From: Gnetum montanum
Lineage: Eukaryota > Plantae > Gnetophyta
Direction of reading: 5' to 3'
Length of the DNA: 64,000 bases
NCBI GenBank assembly: GCA_015680685.1
Contig: MNCI01001451.1
Span: forward strand, 1,199,843 to 1,263,842
A model generated the notes under the pieces. The model had not been told where the DNA came from, ran no database searches, and worked only from the letters and a program-made list of their open reading frames with translations. Position 1 is the first letter of the stretch. Every line of letters starts with the position of its first letter. A program made the translations under genes and the position numbers. Of the stretch, positions 12,793 to 25,662 are shown piece after piece.

Positions 12793-14193
12793 ATTCTATC
12801 ATATTGCTAAGGTTGTATTATATCCTTGTAGATCTAATGAAAAATGGGAGTAAGATTAAAATAAGTGTTATCTTAAAAAGGGTTGACACAAATAAAAATA
12901 AAAAGTGCACAAAATAAATTTTTGGGGATCCCACTAGAAAGACATGTTATCCATACCGAAAGATAGGCAAATTCTGAGATATCTAAAGAGAAAATCATAA
13001 GTTCCATGAATAAAAATCCTCCCTTGAACAATACTCTAAGTGACAATACTCCTTGCAACATTAATAGTCTCATAGTTGTAATTCCAAGAGATGAAATGTT
13101 CTAAGTAACCTTAAAACCTTCTAAACCTTCAAAAGAATTAATTTTTTCCATTAGACCCTTCTAAAAATTGAATTTTCATCGACTTTGATATCAGGTCTGC
13201 ACTAATATTGGATCCCCAATGTTGAGTCCCTAATATTAGATCCCTAAAATCTATATATACCATGAGGACTTGGTCCATTTTTCATCATTTTTCATTTGCA
13301 ATAAGGGAGATTTTTTGAATTTTATTTTCCAATCTAAGATCTAATATCCTAGCTTTCCCAAGTCATAACTTGATCAATATCGCTCCGGTTTTCATGATTT
13401 TTGAACCTATTTGATCTCGAACTACTTAACTTACTCATGGGGGGAGGGGGAGGAATGCTAGTGAGAAAAATATGAGTTGATTTTTCAAAAATTTCTAACA
13501 CCCAAAAGATACTTTAAGGGTAAGTGTGATGTAAGAGATTGTATTTCAAAGAATAATCAAACATACTAAAGCTAAAACACTCAATTAATGATCTTAAGGA
13601 CCAATAACCATCATACATGGGGAAAAAATGAGTAATTGTAAAGGGTTATCAAGAGATCAACACCTATGAGATAAGTTTTTGAAAATTTTTCTAACTTTGC
13701 AATCTTAGTAAGTAAAAACTTAATGAAACTAAGGGTATGAGTAAGGTATGAAAGTGTTAAGAATACATGGAAAAATTGTAGTAATTCTAATTTCTTAATG
13801 ATTGTAGATGGTCCCAAGAAGAGGAGGAGCACAAGGAGGACCTTCACAAGGAACAGGTAAGAGACCAAGAGGCCAAGGTAGAGGTGGAAATGAAGGCAAG
13901 GAACTAGAACACAAGGAGCAAGAAGCATAATTATTTAGCATTCATCAAGACACTCTTGTTACAAGATAACTGGCCCAAGGAGAGGTAGGAGAACCACAAG
14001 TTGAAGGACAATGCCTTACATTGTTATAGAATTGCCTCCAAGAAATTTAAGAAAGATCTATCTTGACCACAGTGATCATGGACATGAGCTTTGGTCCATT
14101 TATGGAATTTGTTTCTAAAGTGTTATGAATGCAATTCCAAGCATTACCACTATGGCCTATTCAGTCAAATAATGGTGAATGGTACCTTGAAGA
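12793..14193 (+). mobile_element. Internal segment of older Athila-like element (Ath-1), host of both Tat insertions
   Basis: ACTAGAAAGACATGTTATCCAT is shared with ~48451. Acceptor-ATG TTGTAG|ATG at 13808 matches TTATAG|ATG at 49654. The ORF remnant continues after 32907. Confidence 0.8.
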
Positions 14194-15850
14194 TGAAACA
14201 ACACTAATTTTGGCCTAGCACTTTGAAATGGAAAAGAATCAAGCCATTTCAAAGTTTTGGAGATAAAATTTGGCTAAGGCATGGCATTCACATTGACTTG
14301 GGAACAAACGTTGGATGCTAAATGCTGAAAATTCATGCTGGATGCTGACAATTCATGTTGGATGCTGTGGTCATGCTTCAGTGTGACCTCTAGCATGACC
14401 AACTTTCACAACTCCAAATTGCCTTCAAATCGACTCATAATGACTTGATTTCGATTGTCCAGGTCATCCTTGGGCATCCTCAGTCTCAGCATTGACAACC
14501 TCTACCTTTAGCCTCTAGAATCTCTAGATTTTAAGTCAAAAATTGCAAGTTTTAATAGGTGACGTTGCAGGTCACGCTGTGGTCATGCTACAACATGAGT
14601 GTAGCATGACCTGATAAGGATGGCTCAAAAACAACACACATCAACCTTAGTTTTCAACCTCAAGATCACACAGGCAGGTAGGCAGCAATCACACTTAAAA
14701 AATCTAGGCTTCAAAATTAAAAAAATGGTGTCAAAAAGTGTCTTTTATCTTACTCACACTGAAGGTCACGCTCAGCATGATTAGAATGTGAGTGCAGCGT
14801 ATGCACGCTGAGCCACACATGCTAATACGCTAGGATGCAGGCACTCACATTGGAGGTCATGCTGAGCATGAGTGCAGCATGAACATGATAAAACTTACGT
14901 TGAAAATCAACTTGACTCATGTTGAAGGCACATCAACTAACATTGAAAGCCTTGGTTAAATAGAGATGCCTCGAATAGCTGCAACTCGAATTTCTCTTGG
15001 TGTACATTTCATTGTAAATCTTCACTTGTGGGCTTGTCAGGCCCTCACAATCTAAATTGTATGTACTCCCGTGGGTTTGAGTAACCCACGAGTTGTAAAA
15101 TGTAATGTATCTGGTGAAGAACGTACCTTGCCAACACACATCCAACTCTTGCCAACATACATCCAACTCATGCACAACTGTCAATTGGACATGTATCACT
15201 TGATCCATTTTCTGTTAAATCCCAACCGTTGATTCCATTTTGGAATTTTGCACCCGAGCCCAACCCAGCCCTATAAATACCCTGTCAATTCACATGAATA
15301 GGGGTTGGCAATTGGAGACATTGGTAATTTTGAGAACATACAAAAAACCAACAATCCTTGGGCGCTCGGCACACTTAACTCCTGGCATCCAAGTACTTCT
15401 CACATACATCACATTACATCATCACCTCATGTCACATCATCCTAGGGCTAGGTGTTTGACCTACCATCCACACGTGTAGCTATCCTTTAATCAATGCACA
15501 TTTTTTAAGAAATACGGTTCAGTTCGTTTTGCCAGCCAACCATTATTTCCATTTACTCTGTTTTATATTTAGTTTACATTTTTTTTGCAATACAATACAT
15601 ATATTTTTGTTTACATTTTATGTTCACTATTCACGTTTTAAGACATCAGTTACAATAATCCCAACGCAAGCCATAGTTTACACTCAGGGAAGTCCTTGGT
15701 TGATTTGCATGCAGACCATCCAAGGCACTCTACCTTTGTTTACTTTTCTAGCTTACCCTTGGGTGAAGGTAGGGTTAGCTGTGTCTAACCGATGATCTTT
15801 CAGTGTTTTTTTTCCCTTCCAACATGACACCGATGATTTAGGTCAGTATA
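14194..15850 (+). repeat. 5' LTR of Tat-A
   Basis: TGAAACAACACTAATT...GGTCAGTATA (CA>TA). Direct repeat of 31212-32902 with roughly 1 mismatch in 10 over the first ~110 nt. CTATAAATA at 15271. Confidence 0.95.
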
Positions 15851-15856
15851 GTAAAT

Positions 15857-15873
15857 TAAAGCTAGAAGGAGGG
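15857..15873 (+). promoter_or_regulatory. Primer binding site of Tat-A, tRNA-Asn type (5' end decayed)
   Basis: TAAAGCTAGAAGGAGGG versus consensus TGGCGCTAGAAGGAGGG, just after the 5' LTR. Matches the Tat-B PBS. Confidence 0.75.
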
Positions 15874-15959
15874 CATACTTTCTTGTTGTTTGTTTAAATG
15901 TCGATCATGCTACTGTCAAAACTTTTTCATCTTGTCCTTGTGAGTCTCCCTATCATAGT

Positions 15960-16109
15960 TGGTCATGTTGAGCTTGCTCCCAGCTGGTCATGCTAAGCTT
16001 GCTCCCAATTGGTCATGCTAAGCTTACTTTCCATTGGTCATGCTGAACTTGCTCCCCGTTGGTCATGTTGTGGTTTGATTGCATTGGTCACACTGCAGTT
16101 GCTTGCAGG
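15960..16109 (+). repeat. 25-bp tandem repeat x6 (TGGTCATGCTGAGCTTGCTCCC...) in the Tat-A 5'UTR
   Basis: TGGTCA starts at 15960, 15985, 16010, 16035, 16060 and 16085. Confidence 0.9.
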
Positions 16110-16143
16110 TCAACTCATCTAGCCCAAATTAATCACGTTCATT

Positions 16144-19100
16144 ATGGAATCTTTCTAGACCAACCCAGAAATGCTACCGATCTTAGACTTTGGGGTTGAA
16201 ACCTCGAACCTTGTGATTGCCACAGAATCCATAATTGTTATTGAATAGGTATATCCCCAAGGCCCTACATGCTAGTCACTCAGGCTATAGGGAAAATGCC
16301 CTACTTATGTGACTCTTACACCCAAAGAGTATAACTTCATCTATGTCAAAATCCAAGCCAACCTACCTATCGACTGTATAGAGAGGGAAGCGAAGTGAGA
16401 ATATGAATTTATCCACAAAGGAGGACATGAGTTCATCCCTTCAACATTTGACATAATCCCACTATTTAAAAACCATCATAAACTCATATCCCATCTTTTC
16501 ATGGCTAGAAGTCAAGCCTTATAGATACCACTAATAGAGCCTCAAGATGAGGAAGATGATTTTGCAGCCCAATTTGAACATGGAGATTCCTACCACACCA
16601 TCATTCCCCATGCCTATAAAAATCCATTATTCCACCCTTTTTTGGAAGAAACTGTGCTTCCCCCTTCATCTGTAAACACTTGAGCACCTATTTCCCAACA
16701 AGAGGTACTTGCTTCCATTCCTATCTTCTCTCTGCTCAATAAAGTTCACTCTAATGCATCTACTTCCATTGTACCCCCACAAGTACAATCCCAACAACTT
16801 CCTCCCCAAAATAATGCAGGGTCAATCTTTTGACCCCAGGTAATTGGGATGCCATCAGTCATACCAAATTTCACACCCATCCATTACATACCTCAGGTGC
16901 AAATCCACAGAGCACCATTGATTACCCCAACCCAACACGTTCAGGGTGTTACTTCACAACCTTTAGCTAGGCAGTAGGCTCCACCAACTATAGTCTTAGT
17001 CCCAAATACTATCCCACTGCAACAAACATTAGCCCAAAAACCTCTCTTTCCACAAAAAATGCAATAGCTGAATCATTATTGACCACAATCCGCTCAATTC
17101 ATTGGTCTTCCTACCACCCAAGAATGGGCAGATATACAAAAAATGATGCACTCATTGGAAAAAGAGTTAAAAATCCTTAAAACTATGAACAATGAGGAAG
17201 TCAAGGTACTAGATTTCTATCAAGATAACCCAATTGACCCCTCAGTTCCACCCTTAACCTTGCGAAATGGAGTCTCGTTACCCCAACTGACCAAGTACAA
17301 TGGAGAGGGAGAGCCAAATGCCCACCTAGTGACATTTTGAACTGAAAGTATTTTGCTTCAGCCATGGCCCCATGTAATTCTATGTGTGTTTGCTATGTCC
17401 TTAATCAAAAAAGCCTTAGAATAGTACTGAGCTTTACCCCGTAGCTCCATATCTTCTCTAGAGGATTTTTTGCACCAGTTTTTCACTCGTTTTAAATACA
17501 ATCTGAAACTTGAAGCCATGTTAGATAGCTTGATCCAAATTAAACAAGCACCACTTAAGCTAGCACAGAAATTTATCCAAAGGTGGAGTGCAGCCTTGAA
17601 TGAGCTTCATGAGCCTATTCCTGAAANNNNNNNNNNNNNNNNNNNNNNNNNNNNNNNNNNNNNNNNNNNNNNNNNNNCCCACTCAATACACACCATTTCC
17701 CATGAAGCCTTCACAATTTCTTGATCAACTTCTAAAGGCTGGGCTAATTCAACACAAACAAATGTCTCTTGCAACCTCTCAAAGACACGATTGATTTTGA
17801 AAATTGGTGAAAAATCCAGCCTTAGCAACAGCCAACGAACCCCCCATTCCAAAAGGCTTTAGGTTGGATAGGTTTTGTGAATATCACCAACATTGTGATG
17901 ATGGGACTAATTATTGCTTTACGTTGAAACAGGATATACAACTCATGATTGATAGGGGAGAAGTAGTATTCGACGAGGCAAACATAGTAAGACCCCAAAA
18001 CCAATCCATGGGTGTCTACAAGGATCCTTTCAATATCAATGATGCACCATATGTGATTAATACTATCCATGTGGAAGATAGACAGGATGCTTCTTGAAAA
18101 CCTTTTGTGATTCGTAGGCCTTCAGAAAACACACCTATCCTAGCACATCCTCAAACCCGTTTCATCATGCGCACATCTGCCACACCATTGAAACTATTCA
18201 TCATCTGTATATCTCCTTCTATTGTAGCCACAACCATACCACCTGAAAATTGACCCACTCCCTTTGTGATCCAGGTGCCAAAACACCCTAATACACAACA
18301 CACCTCCTTTCCCCTATGACATCTATGAGAATGTCTTGTTGATAGACTAACAAGAGAATGTTTAGAAAAGGAAAACCATCAATGCAAATTGGGACCACCA
18401 AAGCCAACACTGCTAAATGTTGTTCCCATGGGTCCACCCATTAATGAGCCTAGTACAAGTCATCAAAATGAGGATAATGTTACGAGTCATGTCTTGAACC
18501 CAACATCTTCAATAAAAACCCCTCCACAAAAAATACGAATGCTAGGTCAAATGGACCAAATCTCTATAGACAAGAGTGCCCCAAATGGTAAATACCTAGG
18601 GAACGCGTTGACCCAGGTCACACAAGATTTGAAACAAAAGAATGCTTCTTTAAGCCTGTAGGATCTAGTAATGACTTCACCAGTACATCAAGAAGCTCTT
18701 ATGTGTATGTTAACTTCGGTCCCTATTAGTGAGGACCTTCCTCCAAATGAACAATAGATTCATGCAGTATTGTCTACACAATCTCAGGAATCAAAGACTA
18801 CATCCCTAGATTTTCACTCTAAGGACATTAAGCTAGATGAGAAAATAGGAGAAGTTACTACAACCCCTATATTCATAACGATATAGGTTAATCATTTCAA
18901 GATACGTAGGGTGCATGTCAACAACAATGTTGCAACCAATGTAATACCTTTTTCCGTCATAAAAAAACTAGGACTTACCGAAAAAATACAGCCCACGACA
19001 ACTTCTTTCCTAAAATCCTTCAATCATTCCCATGTTGGAGTGAGAGGTATGGTTACCTTGGATTTCATAGCCGAAGACCAATTCCCCACATTAGTTGAAT

Positions 19101-19543
19101 TCATAGTAGTCGAAAAAATGCCAGAATTTAATTTGATCCAAGGACGTCCCTGGCTCACTCAACTTAAAGCTGTATCCTTTGTAATCCATCAGGAGATCCA
19201 CCTAACTTACAAGGGTAGTGAGATCATCATATATGGGGATGCAATAGTATCACCTACTTCCTCACACCCTAGAGTAGACTAAGAGTCAAAAATTGAGTTC
19301 GTTGAGCTTAAGCAAGGAACCATAAATGTACTTCAAAACATAAATCCAACATTAACTCTCAATCCTTCTGAAACTAAAGAAACACTAGACAATACAAACA
19401 TAGGTGCCATCCCTACTGATGTCTCTGGGTCAGAATTACCCTTTGATATCACCAATGAAGGGGAAGGTGAGTATAAGATCTTACCCACATGCCCAACCCC
19501 ACATGTTAAACTACAAAGGATCAAAAAGAAACTCAATAAATAG
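16144..19543 (+). pseudogene. gag: gag-protease ORF of Tat-A, decayed
   Basis: Pro/Gln-rich N-terminus, LPQLTKYNGEGEPNAHLVTF, knuckle remnant CEYHQHCDDGTNYC, protease RVHVNNNVATNVIP...NLIQGRPWL, ending KKKLNK* at 19541-19543. Internal stops and an N gap. Confidence 0.9.
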
Positions 19544-19545
19544 AA

Positions 19546-19830
19546 TTAAACTATGAAATGTATGAAATGACATTAAACTACAAAATTTTCGAAATGATGT
19601 TAAACTACCAATCGTCCAGTATGACATTAAACTACCAACAAACGTTTGCAATGACATTAAACTAGCCATGGTCAAAAATGGTCGGTTCCATTTAAAACTT
19701 TCTAAAAATGTTACTACCTCGGCCCACCATGACATGAAACTAGTAATCCTCTCTTTTTTTAACAACATATGCAATAGTCCATCATGACTTTAAACTAATG
19801 TACCTAGCCTGAAATGGCTTTAAACTAGAG
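19546..19830 (+). repeat. Degenerate array with core ATGACATTAAACTA after the gag-PR stop
   Basis: Several TTAAACTA/TAAACTA cores at ~30-bp spacing. Positional equivalent of Tat-B 6310-6840. Confidence 0.7.
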
Positions 19831-20156
19831 CCAACAAGTTACAGATTCATGAACTCCCATCATTTCACATTGAATTTTTGTTTACAAGTTACAAATTACG
19901 ATTTAGATTCATGCATGGTCATTGCCTTCTTTTTTGAATATTTAATTGCATGCATATGTTCACAATATACTTGAGAAAATAAAGAAAAACAACGAAAAAC
20001 ATGAAAAGTAACAAATATATATATATACACATGGAATAGCAAAGTAACGAAAGAATGCAACTATTTTATATCACAATTAAATCCAGGTCATTACATCAGT
20101 CTTTATACATTCCATCCAAAATCCAAAAAAATCTAAAAACACTTCACGACTTAAGC

Positions 20157-23100
20157 CTAACTAATGCAAAGCTCATGAATGGGGCTGATCCCCAAGATCC
20201 TCTTCATCATCTACTCCTGCTCCACTAGGGCCAGCTCCATCATTAACATGTCCCTACAAACAAAAAATAGAAAACAAAAGAAAATAGATAAAGGTAATAA
20301 AGCAAATCATAAACACAAAAATTGAAAAAATAGTAATACTAACAATAAAAATAATAAAAATATACAAAAATAAATGTCACAATAAAACACTTACAAGTGA
20401 GAAAGGCCCTAAGTTGGTCTGCAAACACTACAGAATGTCCTTTTGAGGCACATTTGCCCAATCCTCCTCTAAGCCAAGATCAATGCCAGCAAGTGGTGAT
20501 CAAGAGAAAACACACTTGTCATAGTCTCCCTAGAGGGAGTGGTAATTGTTCTCTCCAGAGATCCCTCCACCTTGGTGCACTTGACAAACCTATCATAAGA
20601 AGGCCGCAAACCTAACCCATCGATGAACATCTTCATCAAGTGATGTTCAACTGATTCCTCCTTCAACCATTTCTTATACTAGTGCTTATGGTCCTTTTTG
20701 TCTTGGCCCCACTTCCATACTTTGGTAGCAAAAGATTTCCAATCCTAACATTTCCTATTCCACAAATATATCTGTGCCCTCTGTTTTGCTAAGTCCCGTG
20801 TAGCTTGCACCTTATTGTTTAAAATCATCCAATAATGTGCATAGGTGATTTCAGATGAGTGCCATGTGCTATCACCAAATAGCCTAGCAACAACAAAGTC
20901 ATAATGGGACTGGAGATCCCTTTTCTCTTCTCTCTCTTTTTCTAGTATCACCGTCAGCGTATGAACCTCATCCCATAGATACTTAGTTGAATGCCTTAAA
21001 GTCCAAACTATCCTAGCATTCTGTATGATGCAACTAGAAACCGCATTGCAGATCTTTCTTGGGACTTGCTCAATATCCCTTGGTAACTCAGGGAGAGCAT
21101 CAATGTGGGTAGCTTCAGAAGGATCCCACTGGAGTTTGGCACCTACAGGTGCACACATAAATTAGGCATGATCGAAAATAAACATAAAGAAACACAGTAA
21201 AACCAAACACTTAGCATGACATGTAATGTACACACACCTAGTTCAGGATGAGCTACCTCATTAACAATGCCCATAACAAAATCCATTTTACTAGGCATCT
21301 TGAGCCATGGCCTCAATGGGTCAGTTGATGTGGGACAAGTAGGGGAGGTTTCTTCAATTGGAACCTACAATCCTGATATCACTTCCTAGGATATAGGTGC
21401 CTCAGGAATTTTAGCATCTACCCCAAAATAGTTAAAATAATCAAGAACAACACATAAAAATAAAAAGACACAGAATATAGATTGAGCTAAAGAGGAACAT
21501 ACCAAAAAGACCTTCACTGTCTAGCCCAGGTGAATCGCCAAGTTGTAAAGATCTGTGAAAGAAACCATCAAGGACATCACTTTCATCACTTGAATGCCTA
21601 AGTGCATCCAAGGCCTCTGTAAGCTTTTTTCCCACGTTGCTTGTCCCCTTCTCCTCTTGTGAGGCAAGATTTTCTCCTTCGATTGCTTCCTTTTCTTTTC
21701 CTTCCTCCTTAAGTATCGGAGTCATGGCCTCTCTCTCCTTCTCCAGAATTTCCTCTGAAATAATACCAGAACCTTAAAGTTAGTATGATATAGCTCATAG
21801 GTACATCCAATAGCATATAAACCAAAAAATAAGAATAAGTAAATATATAACAATGAAACAAACCACTTACCCTCAACTATTAGTATAAATTGAATCTTCT
21901 TTGCCCTTGGGGGTCTCACATCTGGAGCAAATTCCTTTACATGCTCCTTCCTTTTCATCTTTGCCTTGGACTTTCCAACAATCTCACTAATTAAGCATTC
22001 ATTCCTCTTAACAGATGCGCATAGCCTAGGCAGTTCCAATCCCAAGCTATCATGGGAATGATGAGAAAGGCTGGCAACACCTTGACTAGTAATCAATACA
22101 GACTCCTCAATGTCTTTTGATGGGTCCTGGGATCTAGTGGTGCTATATAAGTGACATATACAAGGGTAGGATAGTTGCAAAAAATCTCTCAAAATGTAGT
22201 GGTTATCCTCATGAATTACTAGGAATTCAGCGAACTTACACAGGTATCCCACAAAGAAAGAAAAGGTGAAGTGGGATTTTGCATGGATGCTTGAACGTAA
22301 CCTGATAATTTTCCCATGAAGGCCAGATCCTAGAAATTGTGCCCAATTTTATTGCATGCCTATCTCCAAAATCGCATGCATCACATGTGCAAACTTGATC
22401 CCAAGGTTTCTCCCTTGAGAAAGAGATTTGGGGAATGCCCATGCCCAAAAGAGAGGATACAATAAGTTCACTTCCATTGATCAGGTATCCTCTTACATGG
22501 CAAATCCCTTGGGGCCCTTAGAAAAACCTAACCACTTCTCAAGCTCCCTTATGACCTACCCATCCTTAGTTGCTTTGTCCATGGCTACCATGACACCATT
22601 CATAGGGATGCCAAAAATATTGGAAAGAAACTCAGTGGTTAGGTGGAATGATACCTTTACTCCCTGAACCTGTGTGATAAAATGAGAAGAATCACCACTG
22701 AAAGAGTCAACAATGATAACCATCTTAGAAATTGGAATGCTAGGATTTAAGGTTATAAATAGGTCCATCAAACCAGCTTGGGTGAGATGACCAATAATCA
22801 AATCAAAAGCTCGCTTCTGTAACCACTTTTGTGATTACTCTACCTCCACATAATTTGTAAAAAGGGTAGCCTTAGTATGCCCTGTAGTAATAGTAACTTC
22901 TTCAAGGGGGATGAATGCTATAAAAGAAAAATATAGAACAAAAATTTAGAAAATGGATATGACACACAATGATGCAACAAAAAAAGGAAAATGGAGTCTA
23001 AGGTGCAGTCACTTACCATTTGTGGCTAGTGAAGGTGAGGTGGGCAAAGGATCAATCCTTTGAGGAAGAATTGGCCCATTAGGAGACCAATCCTTATGTA

Positions 23101-23825
23101 ACCAACTGCAAGCCTTGCAACACTCAAAGGCTCTTGAAAATTTCCTATGGGAGCCAGCAAGGGCCATCTTTGTCTGGTCTAACACTGCGGCATGAAGAAT
23201 GGGGCCTGCCATAAATGTCTCTAGTGCGGTGTGCATTAAAGCAAGCCCACCATCATCATCATGCATTCCATGTTCATCAAAATGGCGCCTTCATAGGAAA
23301 ACAATGTTCATATTTAAATGATGACATAAAATTAAAAAGAAATCATAGGTTAAAGTAAGACACAAGGGAGCATATCGGTCCACTTTATATACTGTCCTAG
23401 GTGGGTTTTGAAATAAAGTATGCACACGGAGGACTAGGAAAAGTGTGTTGCTAGTGTTGTAATGATTATAGGTAGGAAGCTCCCACACATGAGTTAGAGG
23501 ACGAGTGGATCTAGGACCCTCACCAGGGCCTCCCTCCACTCTAGAAAGTCCCCCATCGATATCAGTGATGAAGGCTAGTATGTCTTGTGTAGCCCCAGGA
23601 AAAACGGTCTCAATAATATCACAACCCATCTGTTCACTTAGATGAGACCATACGACAACATTGAAATTTTGTAGTATAAACGACAAGAATGAACTAGCCT
23701 CGGGATGGAACCATATTATATGGGGTCCAATTCGCATGTCATAGGGATGTGTATCTAGCCCAAGGGGGCCAAACCAAGTAAGTACCCCAACAAGCTCAAT
23801 AATGAGGAGAGAAGATTTAGGTCCC
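20157..23825 (-). pseudogene. Antisense multi-exon accessory gene of Tat-A: FCP1/NIF (HAD)-like domain, transposon accessory region, acidic/coiled-coil region
   Basis: Minus-strand ORF pieces 23291-23863, 23009-23266, 22556-22801, 21722-22252, 21441-21725, 20745-21158 and 20469-20666. GT-AG introns at 22918-23016, 21755-21870, 21418-21502, 21143-21237 and 20254-20394. Homologous gene in Tat-B. Confidence 0.8.
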
Positions 23826-25662
23826 CTGCACATAACCGAAACATTGTGTAAGTGAAAATCCAAGAACTAACAATAGATCAACATCACATAAAATAAAAAA
23901 ATCACATAAACAAATATCACACCCCATGAGACAAGGACGCTAACATCTATTTAGTATAATCTTATGCTTACTGGGACACATTGAAATCGGTTTCAAAACA
24001 AATCCATGTTTAAATCATTAATCCTAGAAAAAAAAAACAATATAAACAATATAAAATTTAGAAATCATTGAACATATTCATGAAAATCCCATGATTGAAA
24101 ATTTCAAAAATCAAAATCATGCTACCCCTTGGGCGAAAATCCAAAATCCATGGTCACGTTACCCCTTGGGAAAAAATCAAAAAAATCAAGTCATGCTACC
24201 CTAGGAGAAAAACTAAAAAATCAAGTCAGGCTACCTAAGGGAGAAAATCGAAAAATTCGAGTCACGTTGCCCTACCCAGGGCCAAAATTTTATAACCCAA
24301 ATTTCTCTCTAAAAATTGAAAAACCCTGTCCAAGAATTTGAAGACTTGCTGATCATTTGCCCTAGCAAGCCAAAAACTTTCATAAGTCACGCTGCTCTAA
24401 GTTCCCCAAAAAACCCCAAAATTCATGGTCACGCTGTCCAAGATTGAAACTCAAAAGATTACCAGTCACGCCACCCTACCCAAAAGCCAAACTTTTATAG
24501 CCATGGTGCCTTCTAAATCTTGCCCCAAAAATTTGAAGTCACTCAATCGATTCCCTACCAAAAAATCAAGAAAATTTGCAAGTAACACTAAATTTTGTAG
24601 TCACACTGCCAAAGAGGGAAAGATGCTCACGATGCCAAGAAGGAAGAAAGAGAAATCCTAGGCTCACGTTAACCTCCCCATAGTAGTCATATTGTAAGAG
24701 GCCCTAAAATTAGAGAAACAAGAAGGGGAAGACTGAAACCCTACGATCCATGCTGCCAAGAAAGTTGAAAACCCTACTGCCCAACCTAAGAATAGAATGA
24801 AAAAAATTGCAGTTCACGCTGCACATGGCCAAGCTCAAAAAAAAAATCGTAGTGCCCTACCTCCCTGGCCAAAAACAAAAAATTCATAGCTCATGCTATT
24901 CATGCCGTAAAATTGAAAATCCCAAAAATTGCAACCATAAAATCTTACCTAGGTAACACTGCTGGTAAAAATACCAGAGAAAAATTAGGGGAAAATAATT
25001 TACCTATGCAGGGCCTTCTTCCATGTTAGAATCCTAACTTGGGGGAGGTGTTGGAGGAGCTCTTCACTCTTCTCCATGAATGCCAGGGTTGCCTGCTTTC
25101 TTCCCTTGTCCTCAGTTGCATTTCCCTTACCTTTGTCTTTGATGGTCACATTGATGTTGACGCTAACTCCTTGTCTTGCACTACATTGGTCACGTTGTTC
25201 TTCGAGTTCCAAAAATTCATGTTAACAGAAATGAGGCCTCCCACTTCAAAAATTCCCTTTTCTATCCCCTTTAGTAATTTATTTAATTTTAATTTAATTT
25301 ATGGCCTTTTATTTTATTTCCTCTTATTAATTTAATTTCACTTTACTATAGTTACATGTTGTTGTTTAGGTCATCTTCACCTTGTGCTTGTCTAATATCT
25401 GTGGTCATTCCAGCCTTAGGGGATGAGGCCTAGAATTTCTTATGAAAAGAGGAAGAAAGTGCAGAAAATCAACAATGATAAACAAATAAACATGTATAAA
25501 CACTTGGAAATAATATAAAATTTCATAAAACTTTAAAATCTCCACAAAATTATTGTCCACTCGAAAATTTAAAATTTAAATATAGAGTTTAAAAGTCAAA
25601 AATTTAAAAATTTAAAAATAGTGCATACACTTAGTTCAAATGGCAAGTCAACACATGACTCA

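Noticed and set aside
14933-15795. ORFs open in both Tat-A LTRs (14933-15208/31924-32274 and 15529-15795/32581-32847)
   Set aside because: The duplication is explained by the LTRs. WQELDVC repeats come from a 21-bp DNA duplication, an indel changes the C-terminus, and no domain is recognisable.
19461-19472. Strong donor AG|GTGAGT as an Ogre-like PR-RT intron start
   Set aside because: It is not conserved in Tat-B, and coding similarity continues past it to a shared stop. Kept only as an alternative hypothesis.
25000-25221. Candidate first exon of the antisense gene (donor AG|GTAAAT at ~25003)
   Set aside because: Plausible, but I could not align it to Tat-B 760-950 or fix its frame, so it was left out of the gene coordinates.
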